A stretch of DNA of 63,762 bases, the filler included, from Octopus bimaculoides (taxonomy: Eukaryota): assembly GCF_001194135.2 (NCBI RefSeq). It is 4 parts of 4 records of this genome, joined end to end, with 100 filler letters (N's around TTAATTAATTAA, not from the genome) between each part and the next. Parts side by side here need not be neighbours in the genome. Positions count along the whole stretch, not along the records: positions 46,160 to 62,399 come from NC_069009.1; positions 62,500 to 63,762 come from NW_026308616.1; 2 more parts are not named here. The stretch is one strand, 5' to 3'. Below, piece by piece: positions 51,926 through 63,762 of this stretch. The notes beneath the pieces are model-generated. The model searched no databases. It saw only the letters and a list, made by a program, of their open reading frames with translations, and had not been told where the DNA came from. The number at the start of each line of letters is the position of its first letter. Within the stretch, counting starts at the first letter, position 1. The position numbers and the translations under genes are program-made.

Positions 51926-53114
51926 GTAAGTACTACTTATAGTCACTATGTGGTGGTGGTGATGTTAATGCTAGTGTGGTTTTAGTTGTACTGATTGTGG
52001 TGGTAATGTTGGTGTGGTATTAGTACCATTGTTTATGGTGGTAGTGGTGGTGGTGTGGTATTAGTGCCATTGATTATGGTGGTGGTGGTGGTGGTGGTGG
52101 TGGTGGTGGCGGCGGCAGAGCTCATAGAGGCCCTATGCACTGAAAAGATTTTGGTGAACACATCTACTTTATAAGTCTAAATTATCTAATGTGGCCCTCC
52201 CAGNNNNNNNNNNNNNNNNNNNNNNCCCAGGGCTGGATTGAGACATTAGAGGGCACTATGCTCTTAAAAAGATTTTTGGTGCTCTTCCATATATAAGTGA
52301 TTCAAAATATCAGCAGTAATAAACCATAAAATAAATTTATATTTTTCAAAATGAAATTAAACTAACAGTAAGATGGAAAATAATGTTTATTTTTTATCTT
52401 TGAAAAATGTTTTTACTTTTCTTTTAATTGCAAAATCTTTGATCAGATCCTCAAAATTAATCTTACGTCACACATCTGCTTGTATACTTAGTAGAGATAA
52501 AATATCCAGCTTGCCTTGTTGCATAGTTATTCTGATGGGATTTTTAATATACTTCAACTGTGAAAATGAATGCTCAGTTGAGCAATTAATGGTCATTAAC
52601 GTTAAAAATATATGAAAGACAATGTTTGCATTTGAAAAGTATTTTTGTATACTTCCACTTCATTTATATTTGAAAAGTTTTTTCATACTTTTTTAATTGC
52701 AAAATCTTTGATCAGATCCTCATTATGACACCGTGAACACTTCAAAATTATATTTCCAATTATGTAAACCACCTCGAATATTATTTTAGCAAGTTTAAAG
52801 TGATTTCTTTTGTGCTGTAAACTATTCACCATTTCTGTGGTGCCCCCCAACACCTTCGTTGATGACCTAAGCATGTGCTTATTTTGCTTAATGGTTAATC
52901 CAGTGCTTGTTGGTGTGGTGTTAGTAGTAATGCCAGTTGCCAGTGATGGTACATTGCTGGTAGTGGTAGTGATGATGGTGACGGCATGTTGATGTGGCGC
53001 TGATGGTATTGGCTGTGGTGGTGGTTGTGTTAAACATTGTACTGTTTTCATCTTCTTATACACACATACACACACACATACACTGATATCCACATATCTC
53101 CATTTGTCTTCTAG

Positions 53115-53186
53115 GTTCAGTTGACAAACCCAAATGAAGAACTTGTAAAGAAAGCCATTCTTTTGATGAACTGGATCATAACACAA
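53115..53186 (+). CDS. Exon of the unrecognised protein
   Basis: tttgtcttctag|...CAA|gtgagt, 72 nt, phase 0 to 0; VQLTNPNEELVKKAILLMNWIITQ, the only open frame. Confidence 0.7.
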
Positions 53187-53383
53187 GTGAGTGAATTGCT
53201 CCAGTTTAGCTGCAACCAACAGGCTAAAACCAGTTAAAATGTAATGCTTATGGTTGTTGTTGTTGTTGTTGTTGTTTAATCCCAGGCCAGTCCTGATCCA
53301 GTTGACTTATAATGTTCTAGCTATGACCATACCATCTCTCATTCAGACAATAGTGTATCTAGGACTACATTATCTATCATTTG

Positions 53384-54800
53384 CTAGAAAAGCAGAAAAT
53401 TCATGAAATGCTCATTTATATTTTCACAACATCTATTTGAGGTAAACAATGTCACAAAGTTTGATATCATTAACACTCCCAAATGTTCAAAATGTCTTCC
53501 ATACACTTCGTGACAGCATTTTAATTGAGAGTTCCAAACTCATGTAGCATTTTGAAGTGTAATTTGAGGAGTGTCATTCCAAGCTTTTATCAAGCACGTT
53601 TTCAATTTGTCAATGACAGTTATATGACATCGATATTTCTGCATCTCTGCTTATAAAAAGCTCCAGACACAGTAATCCATCACATTTAAGTCTGGACTCT
53701 GAAGGTCAATCTTCAGGTGCAATAAAGTTAGGGGTAGATTGCTGGAGAAACTGAACTGTAACCCTGGTTGTGTGAGGCTTTGCACCATCCTACTGCCATG
53801 TCCAGTCCATGACTCATTGCCCGTGACACTTTTTATATCATTGAACATTTGTGGACACATTTCCTCACAATAAACTTGTTGGTTTACAGTTTTTTTCTTC
53901 CTTCCTTGAAGACCATGGCAATATCCTTCAATAAATCTTAGCTCTGTTTTACCATGCCATCCAACAGCTGCATAACAAACCACTGATGGCTATAAGTTAT
54001 ATTCCACCAGCAGCTCTTCATCAGGTATGTCAGTTTTCACATTCACTTCTCAGTAAATGCGATCAGTTTGTCTGTTTAAAGGAGGGTGCAGTGAAAACTT
54101 TGCTTTGTCTGAACACCATACTTTTCTCCAAGCAAATTCTTGTTCAAAGTGATTAATCAGTGCAATTGACTTATTCACTCGCATTTCCTGATGTTAATCA
54201 GTGAGAACGTTACATTTTTTTCTTTGATAGCACTTCAGTTCACTTTCTTTGAGAATTTCAAACACAGATGTTTTTGAAATATTGAGCTGTTGAGTAATTT
54301 CTCATTGACTTAAATGTCTCTCCATTGTGTCTTGTTGAACATGTGACACTGTTAAATTCTTAACTGTGTCGCGTGTTTCATCCGAAATTCGTTTCCTTGG
54401 TCCAGTCCCTTTTTTGTGAGCACTAGCTGTTTGAGGTCCTTCTCATTTCAAAGTTGCATCAACAGTATCAAATTGATGCCTTGTAGCAGTTGAAAAAAAG
54501 TTTGGTAACACAGTTAAACATTTAGTCACTCCCCAAGTCAAACTTTCACGCTTGAAAAGAACAATAATTTGTCTCTGAAAGTCTGATAGCTGTTTCTTTC
54601 CCCAGCTTTCTTCAATGATGTGGGGTTCACTCAGAAACAAATGACATCAATGCTTCTTATGATTATGTGCTCATTCCATAACAGAAACCACCAATCAGAA
54701 ACCACCAATCAGAAACCACCAATCACACAGTTTATTGATGATCAAATTAATGCTTGTTAGTTTTGCCTTCAAATCTTCTGCTTTTCTAGTGACCACCCTG
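53384..54800 (-). mobile_element. maT/DD37D-like Tc1-mariner transposon, decayed
   Basis: VCYAAVGWHGKTELRFI and SPDLNVMDYCVW motifs. The right TIR (reverse complement cagggtggtcactagaaaagcagaa, followed by TA) matches the truncated left ctagaaaagcagaa; internal 14-bp repeat cagaaaccaccaat x3 at about 54683-54724. Confidence 0.8.
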
Positions 54801-55195
54801 TAGTTAGTACTAGTGGCTATAGTAGTTGTTGTTTAGCCCCAGGTTATTCCTGATGTAGCAGACCTATGATCAAAGACGTTCCAGTTATGACCATCCCATC
54901 TTTCATTCATACATAGTGTACCTAGGACTACAATATCAAACGTATAATATAGTAGTTAATATTTGTGGCTATAGTAGTTGTTGTTGTTTAAGCCCAGATC
55001 AGAGCTAATGCAGCAGACCTATGATTAGAGATGTTCCAGCTGTGACTGTTCTGTCATTTATTCAGACATAGTATATCTAGGAGTACATTGTCTAGTGTGT
55101 CCTTTAATACGGTAGGGTATAACTTTGCTGTTGTTTTCAGTTTGTTTAGTAACTCCATTGAGGCTCTCCCAACTCACATATATGTATATATATAT

Positions 55196-55424
55196 AGAGC
55201 AAAGGCGGGCAGGACAAAATGAAAAATATACAAAATAATGAATTGTGTACCAGTTTCCCCATCAACTCTTTTACTTACGCAAAATCATTTGTGTTTCATC
55301 AGCACAATCGTTCTAAAATCAATATAATTTACAGAACTATACACGAATTGTCTTCATAAAATTTGATGTGCGTACAGTCAAATTTTATGAAGACAATTCA
55401 TTTTGTCCTGCCCGCCTATGCTCT
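55196..55424. mobile_element. MITE with 28-bp TIRs
   Basis: agagcaaaggcgggcaggacaaaatgaa and ttcattttgtcctgcccgcctatgctct (one mismatch). Confidence 0.85.
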
Positions 55425-55687
55425 GATGTTTGCTGAATTTCTTTTTCTGGAGAACATTATTTTTCTTTGTGGTTAGGTTGTTGATGACCTCTTTCTAGCA
55501 TATTGGATGTCCACCTAGTGGTCATCCCTTCTTATACGCATGTAATACAATTTTTCTGAATTATCAGATTTTTATATGCTAGACTACTGGTTTTAAATTG
55601 AAATTAATATTCAATTTATCACCCTCAGTATATAAATATATATATATATATATATGCATATGTATATATATTTGCCTCTGTGTTTAG

Positions 55688-55802
55688 AACCAAGAAAATA
55701 AAGATGAAGATTGTGACCACCACACCATATTATTGGCCTGGCTCGAAGAAACAGCTGCAGCCTGTTTACACAGCCTCCTGTTGAAACACTCTCCTTTACA
55801 AG
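55688..55802 (+). CDS. Exon of the unrecognised protein
   Basis: ctctgtgtttag|...AAG|gtatca, 115 nt, phase 0 to 1; NQENKDEDCDHHTILLAWLEETAAACLHSLLLKHSPLQ, the only open frame. Confidence 0.65.
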
Positions 55803-57469
55803 GTATCATTATTGATTTCCTTCCTTCCTTCTTCTTTCCCTCTTTTTTCTTTTTAACCCCATCATTTTTGTCTTTATGTATCTATCTGTATGTGTATATG
55901 TTTATCTGTCGATATGTATCTTGAAAGTTGGCAGAAAAATGCTTAGTGGCATTTCATCCCTCTTCACATCCTGCATTCAAATTGCACTGAGATCGACTTT
56001 ATCTTTCATCCTTTCAGTGTTGATAAAATAAATACCAGTTAAACGCTGGGATTGATGTAATCAACTTAACCCATCTCCCAGAATTGCTGGCCTTGTTCCA
56101 AAATTTGAAACCAATATGTATAGCTATCTTGAAAGGCAGTCACCTGGCAGAATCTTTAACCAGATGAAATGCTTAGCGACATTTCATCCATCTTTATGTT
56201 CTGAGTTCAAATTCCACTGAGATCAACTTTGCCTTTCATCCTTTCGGGGCAGATGAAATAAGTACCAGTTGTGTACTGAGGTTAATGTAATCAACTTAAC
56301 CCATCTCCCAGAATTGCTGGCCTTGTGCCAAAATTTGAACTCGTTATTATATTTGTACCTAAAGGCAGCAAGATGGCAGAATCATTATCACACTGGGCAA
56401 AATGCAGAGCAGCATTTCATGTGAACATTCTGAGTTCAAATTCTACAGAGGCTAACTTTGCCTTTCCTCCTTTCAGGTTCAATAAAATAAGTATTAGTTG
56501 AGTATTGGAGTCAATGTAATCGATTTACACCCACCCCTGAAATTGCTGGCCTTGTGCCAAAATTTGAAATCAATATGTATGGCACTTGTGCCTGCGGCAT
56601 ATGTAAGGACTTTTGAGCGAGATCGTTGCCAGTGCCCCTGGACTGGCTCTTGTGCGGGTGGCACATAAAATACACCATTTTGAGCATGGCCGTTGCCAGT
56701 ACTGCCTGATTGGCCTTCGTGCCGGTGGCACGTAAAAGCACCCACTACACTCTCGGAGTGGTTGGCGTTAGGAAGGGCATCCAGCTGTAGAAACTCTGCC
56801 AAATCAGATTGGAGCCTGGTGTAGCCATCTGGTTTCACCAGTCCTCAGTCAAATTGTCCAACCCATGCTAGCATGGAAAGCAGACGTTAAATGATGATGA
56901 TGATGATGATGATCTCTTGTAGTCTGTTATTCTCACTCTCTTCATCTCTCTGCCCCTGAAGTGTCCAGTAGCATGGAACTGATGAATAAAAATGAATGAG
57001 GTTATATTGATTTTAAATTCTGGCACAATGCCAGCAATTTGGGGGAAGGGGCTAGTCGATTACATCAACCCCAGTGAATGATTGGTATTTATTTTATTGT
57101 CCATGAAAGGATGAAAGGCAAAGTTGACCTTGACAGAATTTGAACTCAGAGCATAAAGACTGAAGCTATAGTAGAAGACATTTGCCCAAGGGACTGAACC
57201 TGGAACCATGTGGTTGGTAAGCAAGCTACTAACCACACAGCCAATCATAAAACTATATATATTCTCGTAGGAAATTGAATGAATTAATACAATCTTCTTC
57301 ATCATTTGACTTTTTGGCTGACAGATCAACTCTGTTGTCTCCTAAGGGTTAAATGCCACACAAATTGATTTCCTTCCAAACAAGGTAGAACAAATATTTA
57401 GTGGCAATTGATACTGGAGAGATATACTATCAAGAATCAACAATTCTCCAAGAATTAACATGTCATTAA

Positions 57470-57581
57470 CCTTTAGCATGCGACTGTATGAGTTTTCTCC
57501 CCTCTCAATGTGATACAATGCACCTGCAGCTTCAGAGGAGAAAACTTTTTAGTGACATAATGCACCTAAGTGTGCTAAAGG
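57470..57581. mobile_element. 112-bp piggyBac-type MITE
   Basis: TTAA|cctttagca ... tgctaaagg|TTAA. Confidence 0.7.
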
Positions 57582-58941
57582 TTAAGGAAAAGATTGTCTA
57601 AAGATAAGATGACTGCTTTGGGTCCTTGAGATTATTTCCCCACTTCATTTTGAGTCATTTTCCATTAAACCTTTGTTCAACCATCCTTGGAAGTGGAAAT
57701 AATTTCAATAAACCAAGTGTTTATCTTATATTTGTCTTTAGCAAGCTTAGCAATGTTACAGGGAGCCCTGGAAAGAGTTCTCTCTTCTTCATAAAAGACT
57801 GCATCTGTGGAATTGGCTCATCCAGAGATAAAGATATGGTGCCTGCAGAGTGCCACATCTCAGGCAGATAAAAAATTGGCACAGACAAAAAATTGACATG
57901 AGGCATAAGGATGTGGAAACAGTATCGACCTATTTAGAAATAGGAGCTAAAAAGGCACCAAATAACAGAAAAACAACAGTAGGTGAGGAAAATGGTCAAA
58001 GAAGCAAGACATTAAAAAAGCATATCTTTCAAGAATATGCCCTTCTGATACTCATATACTATGGTTTCCGGCTCTGGCCCGCAAGCCTCAACCTTCATCA
58101 GTATGAGTTACTGGTGAAAATACTAAGTCCGTCACATTATAAATTTGCCTCTGTTATGTCTCATTTTGCACCAAACCAATCCACATGGGGCAAAATATAT
58201 ATAAGCAAAAAACATTCTAGCATTTACGCTCGAAATAAGATGTCACTACTTATATATNNNNNNNNNNNNNNNNNNNNNNNNNNNNNNNNNNNNNNNNNNN
58301 NNNNNNNNNNNNNNNNNNNNNNNNNNNNNNNNNNNNNNNNNNNNNNNNNNNNNNNNNNNNNNNNNNNNNNNNNNNNNNNNNNNNNNNNNNNNNNNNNNNN
58401 NNNNNNNNNNNNNNNNNNNNNNNNNNNNNNNNNNNNNNNNNNNNNNNNNNNNNNNNNNNNNNNNNNNNNNNNNNNNNNNNNNNNNNNNNNNNNNNNNNNN
58501 NNNNNNNNNNNNNNNNNNNNNNNNNNNNNNNNNNNNNNNNNNNNNNNNNNNNNNNNNNNNNNNNNNNNNNNNNNNNNNNNNNNNNNNNNNNNNNNNNNNN
58601 NNNNNNNNNNNNNNNNNNNNNNNNNNNNNNNNNNNNNNNNNNNNNNNNNNNNNNNNNNNNNNNNNNNNNNNNNNNNNNNNNNNNNNNNNNNNNNNNNNNN
58701 NNNNNNNNNNNNNNNNNNNNNNNNNNNNNNNNNNNNNNNNNNNNNNNNNNNNNNNNNNNNNNNNNNNNNNNNNNNNNNNNNNNNNNNNNNNNNNNNNNNN
58801 NNNNNNNNNNNNNNNNNNNNNNNNNNNNNNNNNNNNNNNNNNNNNNNNNNNNNNNNNNNNNNNNNNNNNNNNNNNNNNNNNNNNNNNNNNNNNNNNNNNN
58901 NNNNNNNNNNNNNNNNNNNNNNNNNNNNNNNNNNNNNNNNN

Positions 58942-59580
58942 GTGTGCAAGAGAGACGATTGCACTGGTATGGACATGTGGCGAGAATGGATGAGGATAGC
59001 TGTGTGAAAAAGTGCCACACCTTAGCAGTTGAGGGAACCTGTGGAAGAGGTAGACCCAGGAAGACCTGGGATGAGGTGGTGAAGCACGACCTTCGAACTT
59101 TAGGTCTCACTGAGGCAATGACTAGTGACTGGGACCGTTGGAAATATGCAGTACGTGAGAAGACCCGGCAATGCAAGTGAGAACATAATCTGTGACCTCT
59201 GCCAGAAGTGTAGCCAGCTCACTTATTTGTATCTTTAGTTCACTGGACACTAAAAACTCTGCTTGCAAAGACCTGTTGAGGCAAGTGAATTTAGAATTTG
59301 ACGTTTGAAATCAGAAATCGAAATCAAACCGAATCCGACGACTGGCACCCATGCCAACCTCTCCTTCATTGAACTCTAAACTCTGCTTGCGAAAACCTGT
59401 TGGGACAAGTGAAATCGGAATCAAAATCGTAGTTGAACCATACTCGATGACTGGCACCTGCGCCAGTGGAGCACTAACAGCACTGTCCGAGTGTGTTCAT
59501 TGCCAGAGCAGCTGTCTGGCTTCCGTGCTAGTGGCCCATAAATAGCATCATTTGAGCGTAATTGTTACCAGAGTCGCCTT
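58942..59580 (+). mobile_element. RTE LINE 3' fragment
   Basis: RRLHWYGHVARMDEDSCVKK...GRGRPRKTWDEVV; same family as 47960-48210. Confidence 0.85.
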
Positions 59581-60119
59581 CTANNNNNNNNNNNNNNNNN
59601 NNNNNNNNNNNNNNNNNNNNNNNNNNNNNNNNNNNNNNNNNNNNNNNNNNNNNNNNNNNNNNNNNNNNNNNNNNNNNNNNNNNNNNNNNNNNNNNNNNNN
59701 NNNNNNNNNNNNNNNNNNNNNNNNNNNNNNNNNNNNNNNNNNNNNNNNNNNNNNNNNNNNNNNNNNNNNNNNNNNNNNNNNNNNNNNNNNNNNNNNNNNN
59801 NNNNNNNNNNNNNNNNNNNNNNNNNNNNNNNNNNNNNNNNNNNNNNNNNNNNNNNNNNNNNNNNNNNNNNNNNNNNNNNNNNNNNNNNNNNNNNNNNNNN
59901 NNNNNNNNNNNNNNNNNNNNNNNNNNNNNNNNNNNNNNNNNNNNNNNNNNNNNNNNNNNNNNNNNNNNNNNNNNNNNNNNNNNNNNNNNNNNNNNNNNNN
60001 NNNNNNNNNNNNNNNNNNNNNNNNNNNNNNNNNNNNNNNNNNNNNNNNNNNNNNNNNNNNNNNNNNNNNNNNNNNNNNNNNNNNNNNNNNNNNNNNNNNN
60101 NNNNNNNNNNNNNNNNNNN

Positions 60120-60159
<40 letters not shown>

Positions 60160-60160
<1 letters not shown>

Positions 60161-60650
60161 CAGAGTGTCCCAGAATTACCTATCCATTTCAGTGAAATCA
60201 GACAATTTTGTTTAAAAACTCACTTTTATTAATATTTATCATGTTTAATGTATTAAAAATGTATAAATTTTTAATTTTGTTTATAATTTCATAATTTTTA
60301 TAATTTTATTTTCATTCCTGTTGGATATTGCTTATCTGTCCATAACAGCCTTTTTTTTTTCAATTTGGCAGCAATCATCTTTCTACCTCCCTCCCCAGGA
60401 TGGTACAATAGTTTAGCTGAACTTAAACAATGCATTCAGTTAACAGTGCAGGTGATAACTCCTGAAATGCATTCCAAAGGGTTTTGCAATGCTAAGGATA
60501 GATTTGAAATTTGTGGGAATACAGACAGAGTACATGTTGAAAATTATCAATAAAGTTTTGATGTAAAATTTATAAATCTATTGATATTTGTCTTGGTATC
60601 ATAATTAAGTAATAAACATAAAATTCTGTCAGTTCTTTTAAATCATTTCC
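60160..60650 (+). mobile_element. Deleted Tc1/mariner-like element
   Basis: TA-cagagtgtccc terminus; LAELKQCIQLTVQVITPEM...DRFEIC...HVE resembles a transposase C-terminus. Confidence 0.55.
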
Positions 60651-60688
60651 CTACTTCATAGAGATAGATAGTTAATTCTGGAATGCAC

Positions 60689-60723
<35 letters not shown>

Positions 60724-60929
60724 ACACCTCTTCCTCTATCTATCACCAGCTACCAGTATCTGTAGTATCCTACCAGTTGTAACAAGATTCCTTGAAAAAC
60801 CATTGGTCAACAGAAGTTCTGTCTTTGATTGCAAACTGGTCTATCACTGTAAGTAGACATTTACTTTCTACATACATTTACCTAATAATTACTTTCAATG
60901 TGTTTTCTGGAGGGAAGGGGGTAGTTGTG

Positions 60930-61248
60930 TGTGTAAAAAGGGTAAAGACCCCCCTTTGGTCATGATTGACCATAGGTTTGCACCTAGGAAGTTCCCCTCT
61001 GAGGCACAAGTCCAGGCAAGGTTGTTTATGGAATACCAGCCTCCCCTCTCCACATAACTAATATTGTCCAAGGGAAAGGCAAAGGGGCTGATACTGCTTG
61101 GCACCAGTGACGTGGCAACTCACTTCTACAGCTGAGTGAACTGGAACAACTTGAAATAAGGTGTCTTGCTCCAGAACACAGCACGCAGCCCAGTCCAGGA
61201 ATCAAACTCATTACTTCATGATTGTGAACCCAACATTCTAACCCCTGA
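60930..61248 (-). mobile_element. tRNA-derived SINE (family E), diverged
   Basis: tRNA-like head at the right end (reverse complement of ggaatcaaactc...ctaacccctga). Confidence 0.55.
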
Positions 61249-62760
61249 ACTCTGTATGTTATATATATGTGTGTGTGTGTATGAAACTCAGTGTGTGTGC
61301 ATGCGTAAACCTGTATGACTTCTGAAGTTCACAACTGATTTTCTTCAAACTTGGACCATACATTATTTATGTTCCAGAGATAGTTTTAGACTTTAAAAAT
61401 TTTTCACATAATGAGTAATGGGGCCTCTGGGGCCAGAAAACTCCCTTCTTGGGGTAAGTAGGACTACTGTGGAGAAGAGCAGTAACTCTTTGCAAAGTAA
61501 CTTTTCTTGAAATTTGCTAAGATATTGATATTATTTACGTTTTTTATTGACATTTTATTTATTAACGTACAATTGTCATCTTAGTTTATTACGTCATATT
61601 TCTTGACATAATGTCTCCAAAGAAGAGATCCTCCATGGGTTGAAAAACAGCAGCAGCAGAGAAACTGAAAAGAAGAAGGAGAGCAAATGAATCATCACAT
61701 GAGACTTCAGTTAGACAATCACAAAATGCTGCATGTACAGCTACTACATAAGCAGTGTAGTACTCACCTGGCCAGGAATGCTGCATTAACAGCTTCAGCC
61801 AATCCCCCCCTTACCACGTCCTTTCTTTCATGAAGATTTCTCTCGTGTAGTGCTGTTGAGTGTGTCCACAGGCTCAATTTGTCACATAGATGTAGTTCCT
61901 ATATCTACTGATTGTTCAGCGTGGTAGCAGCTGTAGTGACAGCCACAAAAGAGAGTATGTCCACTGAGAGCTTTTCAGTGCATTCAAAAATCACATACCC
62001 CACACCCACTTTTCCATGACAAAGTTGGGGCCTGGAATCTTCCAAAGAGATGCATGACATGTCACTTAGTCGAATTAGCCCTTCATTTACTCCAAAAATG
62101 CTTTGTCATCAATGCTGCATTTCCCCATATCACATGTTTCAGCTTAACTATACCATATATACAAACTATGCCATTTAAATCCTGAGCAACACCGAGTGTG
62201 TCTGCTAATATATATACATATACATATATATATATATATATATTGTAGTGGCAGCATGAGTGCTGTTGAATTTCCAGACCACTTGTAGCAAAACTCTTCT
62301 CCCTAAGGACTTTATGTTATTTTTATAAAAATACAGATTTTTTCTGTTGTCATATAAATGTTTTTTTAAAACCATAAATCTGTCCTCAAATACTGTCTGN
62401 NNNNNNNNNNNNNNNNNNNNNNNNNNNNNNNNNNNNNNNNNNNTTAATTAATTAANNNNNNNNNNNNNNNNNNNNNNNNNNNNNNNNNNNNNNNNNNNNG
62501 TAAAATACACCATTTCGAGCGTGGCCGTTGCCAGTACCCCCTGACTGGCCTTCGTGTCAGTGGCACGTAAAAGCACCCACTACACTCTCTGAGTGGTTGG
62601 CGTTAGGAAGGGCATCCAGCTGTAGAAACTCTGCCAAATCAGATTGGAGCCTGGTGTAGCCATCTGGTTTCACCAGTCCTCAGTCAAATCGTCCAACCCA
62701 TGCTAGCATGGAAAGCAGACGTTAAACGATGATGATGATGATGATATATATATATATATT

Positions 62761-63762
62761 CAGGGGTTGGACAAAATAATGGAAACACCTTAAAATTTCA
62801 AACAAATTCATTTTAATATGGGGTAGGGCTGCCTTTGGCAGTAATTACATCTTGAATTCTACAAGGTATGGACTCGTACAAAGTTTGAATTTTTGCAAAG
62901 AAATTTTTGTCCATTCTTCAACTAGAACAATCACCAGTTCTTGTAGTGATGATAGTGGAGGATACTGGCTCCTTACTTGTTTTTCTAAAATGCACCATAA
63001 ATGTTCAATAATATTAAGATTTGGGGACTGTGGTGACCAGATAAGGTGTTCAACTTCACTAGAATGTTCCTCGTGCCATTCAGTAACGACTTTAGCTGTG
63101 TGAATTGGTGCATTATCATCCTGAAAGGTTGCGTTACCCTTCAGAAACAGTTCCACAACCATAGGAGGAATTTGATCAGATAAAATGCTTAAATGGTCTT
63201 GACTATTAATTCTGCCATGAAGGAAAACCATTGGGTCAGCGGATTTCCAAAATATAGCCTCTCCACCCCCGATCATCATGGATCCTCCTCTGTGTTTAAC
63301 AGTTGGAAGAAGGCAGTCTAGGTCAAATGCTTCTTTTAGCTGTCTCTACACATATACTTGGTCAGTGGTCAGAAATAAGGTAAAGGATGACTCGTCCGAG
63401 AAAATAACATTCTTCCATTGCTCTAGGGACCAATTCTGTAGGTCTTTACTCCACTCTAAACGCTTTGCTGTTTGTTTTTGAAAGTAGTGGTTTTCTGATT
63501 GCAGCCCTCCTGTGAAATCTGGCTTTGTGCAGCTCCTGGTGAACAGTTTTTGTGGAAATTGGGTTCTCAAGGTGGTCGTTAAGCTCTGCAGTAATTCTGG
63601 GAGCTGTACTTTTGTGATCCTTTCTAACAATTCGCGTAAGAGTCCGACGGTCCCTATCTGAAAGTTTTGGTTTTCTTCCGGAGCTTTGTCTCGTCGAGGA
63701 GATTTCTCCCTGTTTCTCAAAGGCTGTCATTACTTTCGAGACAGAACTTCTTGATACACCAA
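62761..63762 (-). mobile_element. Tc1-type transposon, frameshifted and cut by the window end
   Basis: TIR caggggttggacaaaataatggaaacac next to (TA)n; GRKPKLS, FSDES, FQDDNAPIH and SPNLNIIEHLW motifs (DD34E type). Confidence 0.92.

Noticed and set aside
57347-57384. Possible 38-nt exon GLNATQIDFLPNK
   Set aside because: The phase fits, but the donor is weak and taagggttaa also resembles a piggyBac-type end; there is no other support.

Overview
Eukaryotic, AT-rich, microsatellite- and gap-rich genomic DNA. The SINE families and the (CA)n/(TA)n/(ATT)n load look like an octopod cephalopod draft assembly; this is inference and no database was searched. The long ORFs in the supplied track are mostly microsatellite or N-gap artefacts. 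Reading splice signals by hand gives a + strand run of exons from about 13 to 46 kb with matching intron phases. It encodes a probably secreted protein with 2-3 tandem PLAT/LH2-like domains, each built as a phase 1-0-1 two-exon module; the clearest is 43508-43740. A second run of + strand exons (48.9-55.8 kb) encodes an unrecognised protein and lies in a CpG-depleted, probably methylated zone, so it may be a separate gene. Introns are filled with mobile DNA: at least five SINE families, Penelope, Tx1-like, R4/Dong-like and RTE non-LTR fragments, a Gypsy relic, mariner, Tc1, maT-like and hAT transposons, and MITEs. The most striking observation is a 307-bp tRNA-headed SINE-like insertion carrying a complete minimal hammerhead ribozyme motif. 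It sits inside a hAT transposase with a 12-bp target-site duplication, and is one of five Penelope-type hammerhead motifs in the window. No rRNA, bona fide tRNA gene or CRISPR array was seen.
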